Notes under the pieces: generated by a model
What the model was told of the DNA's origin: nothing
Seen by the model: the letters and a program-made list of their open reading frames with translations, nothing else
Databases searched by the model: none
Made by a program: the position numbers and the translations under genes
Part shown: piece by piece, positions 16,538-21,944 of the stretch
Position numbering within the stretch: the stretch's first letter is position 1
Layout of the letters: each line of letters starts with the position of its first letter
Assembly (NCBI GenBank): GCA_046536775.1
Contig: JAWDMD010000006.1
Coordinates: 1 to 21,944 of the forward strand
DNA length: 21,944 nucleotides
Origin: Candidatus Nanopusillus sp.
GTDB lineage: Archaea; Nanobdellota; Nanobdellia; Nanobdellales; Nanobdellaceae
Direction of reading: 5' to 3'

Positions 16538-17608
16538 TTAAATATGCTTTTTATATATGGAATGTATATAAATTATTACTAATCCTATAATTGCTAATAT
16601 TAGTAAGTTTATTGAAAATAAAATTATGAATAAAGGAAAATTAATTAAAGTTCCTTGATAAGTATAGTAGAAATAATTTACTAAATTCATTAATATAAAT
16701 GGTATTCCTGAAACAATTCCCAAAATTATTTTTTTACTGTCTGGAAACCTATGATATAAATACGCGTGAATTGCGGTAAAGAAAAATAAAAACATAATTA
16801 TAATATTTTGAATAATGTAAATTATATTGATTTTTGTTAAGAAAAATAGAATTGTAAAGAAAATAAATAGAAATATTATTAATATTAAAATATACATTGT
16901 GAATCCCTCCGGCTTATTATCAAATATTCTTTTAATCATTAGCATTAAAATAAATTCTAATATTGAGAATAAGGATATAGTAAATAATATTAAAATATTT
17001 TGAACAATTAAAGAAAGTATTAACTGTACAGATAAAAAAAGAAAAATTATGGAGAAGATAATTTGTTTATATTTGTTTAAAAGATTTAATAAACTTAAAT
17101 GATATATTTTTTTATCATCCAAATTGAATAAAAATCCTAGAAGGGATATAAAAAATAGAGAATAAATATTTATAATATTATATAATGTTATAAATAAAAC
17201 ATATATTAGAGAAATTATTAATATTATTATTTGTTTTCTATTTATAGATAATTTATTCTCTGCGACAAAATTTCCAAAGAAATAAAATAAAATAAATGAA
17301 AAAAATACATAAACAAAATATTTAAGTAAAATATTATTAAAAATATTTAATATAGGCAATAAAAAAATTAATAAATATAAAATTTTTATCATATTGAATT
17401 TCGTGTTTTTCAAGAAATAATATAAAACAAAGGAGTAAAATATTCCAAATAAAATATAATATAAATTTGTAAAAAATATTATAGATATTGGGAATATTAT
17501 TAAATATAATATAAATATATGTTTATTGATATTTTTGTTTTCGTCAATTAATCTATCTATGATAGTTTCACCCATTATATATAGAGATTCATTAAAACTT
17601 TTATGCAA
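16538..17608 (-). CDS. Hypothetical polytopic membrane protein, paralog B of the surface operon
   Basis: About 10 hydrophobic segments and no Cys. The C-proximal block FFFTAIHAYLYHRFPDSKKIILGIVSGIPFILMN aligns with the gene at 19543..20754. The track start (17608) is TTG, overlapping the upstream stop by 8 nt. An alternative ATG lies at 17575..17573. Confidence 0.6.
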   Translation of the reverse strand: MHKSFNESLYIMGETIIDRLIDENKNINKHIFILYLIIFPISIIFFTNLYYILFGIFYSFVLYYFLKNTKFNMIKILYLLIFLLPILNIFNNILLKYFVYVFFSFILFYFFGNFVAENKLSINRKQIIILIISLIYVLFITLYNIINIYSLFFISLLGFLFNLDDKKIYHLSLLNLLNKYKQIIFSIIFLFLSVQLILSLIVQNILILFTISLFSILEFILMLMIKRIFDNKPEGFTMYILILIIFLFIFFTILFFLTKINIIYIIQNIIIMFLFFFTAIHAYLYHRFPDSKKIILGIVSGIPFILMNLVNYFYYTYQGTLINFPLFIILFSINLLILAIIGLVIIYIHSIYKKHI

Positions 17609-18248
17609 TTCTAAAATATGTTTGATTAATTCTCTCTAAATATACTGTTACAAATTGATAAAATGTAATATTATTTATCGAATAACATGGTATATAATTA
17701 CATATAATATTTCCATTTGTATTTTCTGTACATGTTATATTTCCAGATATATTTGTTGGGAATAGAAATACAAAAGTTTGATTAGAACTATTTTCATTAC
17801 TTAGACAGAAACTATATAAAAAATAATAGAAATCTGAATAATAATTTTTACATATAGTTAGTTTAATATAATCTAAAGAATAAGCTATGGAAATTGGATA
17901 TGTATATGTATTACAATTTCCATTAAAATTTATGATTCCAAAACTATAATTATCTATTTCTGCTCTAAATGTATAAGGAAATATTGTACAATTTGGAAGT
18001 TCATTATAATATGTTTGATTAAATTGTTCTATATTATTTACTGTTGTAAAATATATTGGATAGTTTGGATATCCTATACAATTTGGAGAAAATAGATCAT
18101 ATATTATTTCTTGTTCATATGAAAAAGAAGTTTGTTCTTTATAATTTGTTAAATTTATATTAGAAAATATAGCTAACAAAAGTATCATTCCAACCAAAAA
18201 TAATACTGTTAATATTGTTATAAATATAATAGATAGTTGTTCTTTCAT
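17601..18248 (-). CDS. Cys-rich, sequon-rich extracellular protein with an N-terminal signal/anchor
   Basis: MKEQLSIIFITILTVLFLVGMILLLAIFS is followed by an Asn/Tyr-rich ectodomain with 8 Cys and many N-x-S/T sites (NLT, NQT, NCT, NYS, NIS, NIT...). ATG start. Confidence 0.65.
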   Translation of the reverse strand: MKEQLSIIFITILTVLFLVGMILLLAIFSNINLTNYKEQTSFSYEQEIIYDLFSPNCIGYPNYPIYFTTVNNIEQFNQTYYNELPNCTIFPYTFRAEIDNYSFGIINFNGNCNTYTYPISIAYSLDYIKLTICKNYYSDFYYFLYSFCLSNENSSNQTFVFLFPTNISGNITCTENTNGNIICNYIPCYSINNITFYQFVTVYLERINQTYFRIA

Positions 18249-18310
18249 TTTATATGAATATATCTAATAAAAATATTCTTTCCATATCTTCTCTTTCATT
18301 ATCAAATTGA

Positions 18311-19546
18311 TTAGATATACTGTTGTATGCATTCATCTGGGAATGATATTGTTTCTGGGCATGTTGGATTTGGGCATTGTCCAGGTAAACAGGCAGGGCA
18401 TTGCTGTCCACCAATTATACAACTATAGCATTCAACCTGGGTTGAAGTATAATATGGAAATGTAAATATTTCTTCTGAACCTTGTTGATTTATATTCACA
18501 TTACCGCAACCATTCTGAGAAGAACACGAATATTGCTGATTTTCTAATGTACAACTTTTAGATATTACTTGATTGTTTGTTGTATTATATGTTTCAGTAC
18601 AACTATATATGCAATTTAAATAATAATAATATGTTATATTTTCATAAAAAACTATAGAAGTAATTGCTATTGTTTGAGGATAAGTGTTTCCATTATAATA
18701 TACATTATATTGATTATCAGAACATTTTAATATTACTCTACATGCAATTTCTTGTGGATATAAACATATCTGACATGATTGAATATTTGTACATTGATAT
18801 GGAATTATCGTTTCATTACATTGAATGTTTGGATCATTTGAAAATTGCTCGAAATCTTGTGCACAATTATTAGTTGTAACTTTATTATATATTTCATTAT
18901 AGCAATCCTGATAAGAACATCCCGAAAAAGCTCCATCTTGAGAGAATTGAAATGCTAAATTATATAAATAAAATGCAGGATTATTTGTTATATTTGATGT
19001 ACTTGCATAAGGAATTATCGAACCAGAAGAAGGACCTGTAATATTTATATATATACCTTGAACATAAACAGGAAAATTATAATTGTATTCTCCAGAAGTT
19101 ATATTATTACAATCTCCGATAATTCCTGCTTGATAGCTATTTGAAAAATTAAAAGATATATTATATGGATAATAATATTGATACGCAGATAAATATTGTT
19201 CTCCATAGCTTATTAAGCTTCCAATTCCAGAAGTTAGCAAATTATTATAGTATTGAATTGCATTCTCGCATGATTGTGGTAATATACATCTATAGGGGAA
19301 AGAAGCCCAATTTTCATTTCCCCATCCATTTGTTCCAGCTACATATGATTCTGAATAACCCTCTTGTGTTAATACTGTTTGTAAATATCCTAAAAAATAA
19401 TTTGATAATGTAGATAAAGAGGTAAATCTGTTAAAAACAATGTTTTGATTATAATTGTATGTTAATGCATAAAAAGATAAAAGGATTATTAATATAGCAA
19501 CTGTTAAAAATAAAACCACATAGACACTTTCTATTTGATTTCTCAT
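18311..19546 (-). CDS. Cys-rich, sequon-rich extracellular protein with an N-terminal signal/anchor and a C-terminal Cys-Pro knot
   Basis: MRNQIESVYVVLFLTVAILIILLSFYA is followed by about 380 aa rich in Asn/Tyr/Ser/Gln, with about 24 Cys by my count. It ends in ECYSCIIGGQQCPACLPGQCPNPTCPETISFPDEC. Its ATG overlaps the upstream stop (ATGA, 19543..19546). Confidence 0.7.
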   Translation of the reverse strand: MRNQIESVYVVLFLTVAILIILLSFYALTYNYNQNIVFNRFTSLSTLSNYFLGYLQTVLTQEGYSESYVAGTNGWGNENWASFPYRCILPQSCENAIQYYNNLLTSGIGSLISYGEQYLSAYQYYYPYNISFNFSNSYQAGIIGDCNNITSGEYNYNFPVYVQGIYINITGPSSGSIIPYASTSNITNNPAFYLYNLAFQFSQDGAFSGCSYQDCYNEIYNKVTTNNCAQDFEQFSNDPNIQCNETIIPYQCTNIQSCQICLYPQEIACRVILKCSDNQYNVYYNGNTYPQTIAITSIVFYENITYYYYLNCIYSCTETYNTTNNQVISKSCTLENQQYSCSSQNGCGNVNINQQGSEEIFTFPYYTSTQVECYSCIIGGQQCPACLPGQCPNPTCPETISFPDECIQQYI

Positions 19547-20754
19547 ATTTTTAATTTAACATGTAGGTATATAAATGTTAATATAAGGATTGGTGTTACT
19601 AATCCATGTATAATACCGAGTGCCATTAATATATTTGGTACAGATATTAGATGTATACTGCTTGGGCCTCCAAATAATACTGATTCAAGGAATTCTCCAG
19701 TTATATTTTGTAACAAAACTAAAATACCAATAGACATACCCAATGCTTTTGTAATTGCTTTTTTACTATTCCTATATAATTTATAATGTATACCTACAAA
19801 GAAAAATAATAAGGCAATTAGGTATCTAGTATGTAATGCTGTAGGAGTAAAATCTGTATATAACAAATATAATTCTCCAAAAAATATTATTAAGACCATC
19901 GTTATAAGTAAAAAATAGTTTGTTGGTACATTATATTTTAAATTTCTATAAACTAAAAAGTAAATGATAAGTTCATATATAGATAAAAATATTAAGGATT
20001 CATATTCATATAAATAATATTCTCCGCTTAAGCTATTTATAACTAAATTTTTATATATTAATAATTGATTTAATGAAAGAAAGATTTGAATTATAATAAT
20101 AAAAAATATTAATAAAAATATGTATTTTTTATATTTATAGATTTCAAAGATTCTTTTAAATATTTTTGTTCTTGATAATAATATTTCATTTCCATTAAAA
20201 TACATAACTAAGAATAAGAAAATTGTAAGTATAATAAATAATAAGGTATAAATTATCTCAAAAGCATAAAGATGTAAACCCACATAATTAAGGAACATCG
20301 ATAGTATATAGTTTATTTTTACATCAAGATCTGTAGTTACAGAATTATAAATAAGTTCAAGGAAAAATTGTATTATGAATAATATTATTGAGATTATATA
20401 AAATATTAATGATTTCTTTGAAATATATAAATTGTTTTCAAATAAATAATATCCCATAGAAAATGCTATAAAATAAAATATCCAATAATTTACTATATAA
20501 GTAAATATTGATGGAAATGGGAAAGGTAGAGGTAAATTAGTATAAATTCCAAAAATTCCAATTGGTATATATAATGGAAATATTAATTTATATATTAAAG
20601 ATGTATTTTTTGAATTTTTTAATATAAAAGATAATAAGAATAAATATATTGCACCATAAATAATTATATTAATATTAAAGTTGCTAATATAAATAAAAAG
20701 TAAAAACAATATTAAATATGTAATAAATAAAATTTTATCTTCTTTTTTTACCAT
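19543..20754 (-). CDS. Hypothetical polytopic membrane protein, paralog A of the surface operon
   Basis: 403 aa with about 11-12 hydrophobic segments and no Cys. The C-proximal block FFFVGIHYKLYRNSKKAITKALGMSIGILVLLQN is shared with the gene at 16538..17608. Its ATG overlaps the upstream stop in the string ATGGTAA (20748..20754). Confidence 0.65.
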   Translation of the reverse strand: MVKKEDKILFITYLILFLLFIYISNFNINIIIYGAIYLFLLSFILKNSKNTSLIYKLIFPLYIPIGIFGIYTNLPLPFPFPSIFTYIVNYWIFYFIAFSMGYYLFENNLYISKKSLIFYIISIILFIIQFFLELIYNSVTTDLDVKINYILSMFLNYVGLHLYAFEIIYTLLFIILTIFLFLVMYFNGNEILLSRTKIFKRIFEIYKYKKYIFLLIFFIIIIQIFLSLNQLLIYKNLVINSLSGEYYLYEYESLIFLSIYELIIYFLVYRNLKYNVPTNYFLLITMVLIIFFGELYLLYTDFTPTALHTRYLIALLFFFVGIHYKLYRNSKKAITKALGMSIGILVLLQNITGEFLESVLFGGPSSIHLISVPNILMALGIIHGLVTPILILTFIYLHVKLKI

Positions 20755-21944
20755 ACTGTTAATTCAGAAACAAGATATCCGCCTAGGAATGGTGTATCTA
20801 CTGGTAAATATATATAATAAACATATGTATTTGTATTTGGTGGTATTGAATATCCCAAACTTATACTATTTTGGCTACCTTGATATATATATGCATTTAG
20901 TTCTTCAGTATTTCCTGTATTTGTAATACAATATGCTCTTGCCATTGCAACACCATTTCCTCCAGGATGAGGATCATAATATACAGCAGAAATTATAAAT
21001 TGATTCGTGTTTGGATCTCTATCGTCTATTACCCATTTAGTAATATTAAATCTATAAAATCCTTCACTGTTTATATTAATATTTCCTAAGTAAACCAAAG
21101 GACATTCTTTTCCAACAATAACTCCAGTTACATTTTGTGTATCATTAAATACACCAGTTGGACAATCTATTATCCCTCCGCTTAGATTGTATTCACATAA
21201 AGGATCTGCTGCTAAAAATACATAATCTGGTTCTCCACTTTCATTTAAAAATGAAATATATAATCTTATTACCTCATGCCATGGATAATCTATAAATACT
21301 TGCTGACAATTTGGTAATATATTTACTATACCTCTATAAAATGATCCAACAATTAATTCTTGATTGCCCTGACTACTTTCGCAATCAGAATTGCCTATAT
21401 AATATGTACCAAATTCTTCTTGGCATATATCATTTAAATATTGTTGTGGAATTATAAATTCTGCTAGTCTATTTATATCAGTAGCTGTTTTATAAGTAGG
21501 GGGACCTTGATAATAATATGGTATAGATGTTAGATTGGGATTATCAGTCACGGGACATGAGCCCTCCTTATAATGGCATAAATATCCAGAAAAGAAATTA
21601 GGCAAACTAGAGGTAGGCTGAGCTATTACGCTAGGTCCTTCATAATTTGGAAATAAATTCCATTCACCCTGAGGACAATATACAGAGGCTTCTGTAAAAT
21701 TATAATTTGGAAATATTTCTGTTAATGGCATACAGTATCCATTTTGTACAGCTTGAGATTGAGAAAGGGCATTATATAATGTTGGTAATCCCCACAAACC
21801 TATTGATCGAGATTGATGAAAAGGTGCTGTTGCATTTACCCATCCTGCTCCATATAAAGTTCGAGTTACTGGCATACTAATATTTTCTTTATAATTATTC
21901 ACAAAGAAATATGTATAATTCCATTCATACCATTGTGTACCATC
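20748..21944 (-). CDS. Cys-rich extracellular protein, C-terminal portion; gene continues past the right window edge
   Basis: The track start at 21902 is a GTG. The frame stays open upstream to the edge (…DGTQWYEWNYTYFF-V-NNYKEN…), so the true start lies outside the window. The visible part has 11 Cys and many sequons (NAT, NFT, NLT, NES, NLS, NDT, NVT, NIT) and is poor in Lys. No enzyme motif found. Confidence 0.7.
   Translation of the reverse strand, partial: DGTQWYEWNYTYFFVNNYKENISMPVTRTLYGAGWVNATAPFHQSRSIGLWGLPTLYNALSQSQAVQNGYCMPLTEIFPNYNFTEASVYCPQGEWNLFPNYEGPSVIAQPTSSLPNFFSGYLCHYKEGSCPVTDNPNLTSIPYYYQGPPTYKTATDINRLAEFIIPQQYLNDICQEEFGTYYIGNSDCESSQGNQELIVGSFYRGIVNILPNCQQVFIDYPWHEVIRLYISFLNESGEPDYVFLAADPLCEYNLSGGIIDCPTGVFNDTQNVTGVIVGKECPLVYLGNININSEGFYRFNITKWVIDDRDPNTNQFIISAVYYDPHPGGNGVAMARAYCITNTGNTEELNAYIYQGSQNSISLGYSIPPNTNTYVYYIYLPVDTPFLGGYLVSELTVW

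Noticed and set aside
19546-19700. GGPSSIHLISVP...GIIHG in the 403-aa membrane protein as a rhomboid-like GxSG/His catalytic pair
   Set aside because: The motif is not GxSG. No WR loop or HxxxN motif was seen, and the paralog does not conserve this segment.
18664-19786. Plus-strand ORFs 18664..18873, 19165..19413 and 19535..19786
   Set aside because: They lie antisense to the overlap-coupled minus-strand operon genes and have no supporting motifs.
1-21944. Scan for CRISPR arrays, transposases/integrases, terminal inverted repeats, and rRNA or tRNA genes
   Set aside because: I saw no regularly spaced direct repeats, no recombinase-like ORFs and no GC-rich structured-RNA islands other than the C/D sRNA. 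Long-range low-copy repeats cannot be excluded by eye.

Overview
This is a very AT-rich (roughly a quarter G+C by eye), tightly packed archaeal window. The informational genes are unmistakably archaeal: TFB, proteasome alpha, SBDS, a membrane-inserted LonB, and the eS24/eS31 pair. Many gene junctions overlap by 4-11 nt and divergent intergenic gaps are only about 35 bp. This pattern fits a small-genome, probably thermophilic, DPANN/Nanoarchaeota-like organism; that placement is inference, not verified.

Content from left to right:
- A glycogen cluster: a GH57 fragment running off the left edge, divergent from a small protein, a ParA/MinD-like ATPase and a eukaryote-type GT3 glycogen synthase.
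- A minus-strand operon of TFB, a Pop5-like protein, PsmA and SBDS.
- LonB.
- A 1421-codon ORF for an Asn/Tyr/Ser/Thr-rich surface protein. It contains an internal 'TM anchor-KKKR-second signal peptide' junction.
- eS24, eS31 and a DUF192-like protein.
- A family-4 uracil-DNA glycosylase (UDG). Its stop codon lies inside the C box of an unannotated, textbook C/D-box sRNA, which is the only GC-rich intergenic spot in the window.
- An agmatinase-like ureohydrolase.
- A five-gene, overlap-coupled minus-strand operon (16538 to the right edge). Cys-rich, sequon-rich secreted or anchored proteins alternate with two paralogous polytopic membrane proteins that have no recognisable family.

The five-gene operon is my best candidate for an undescribed cell-surface or host-interaction system. 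I found no CRISPR array, transposase, integrase, rRNA or tRNA.
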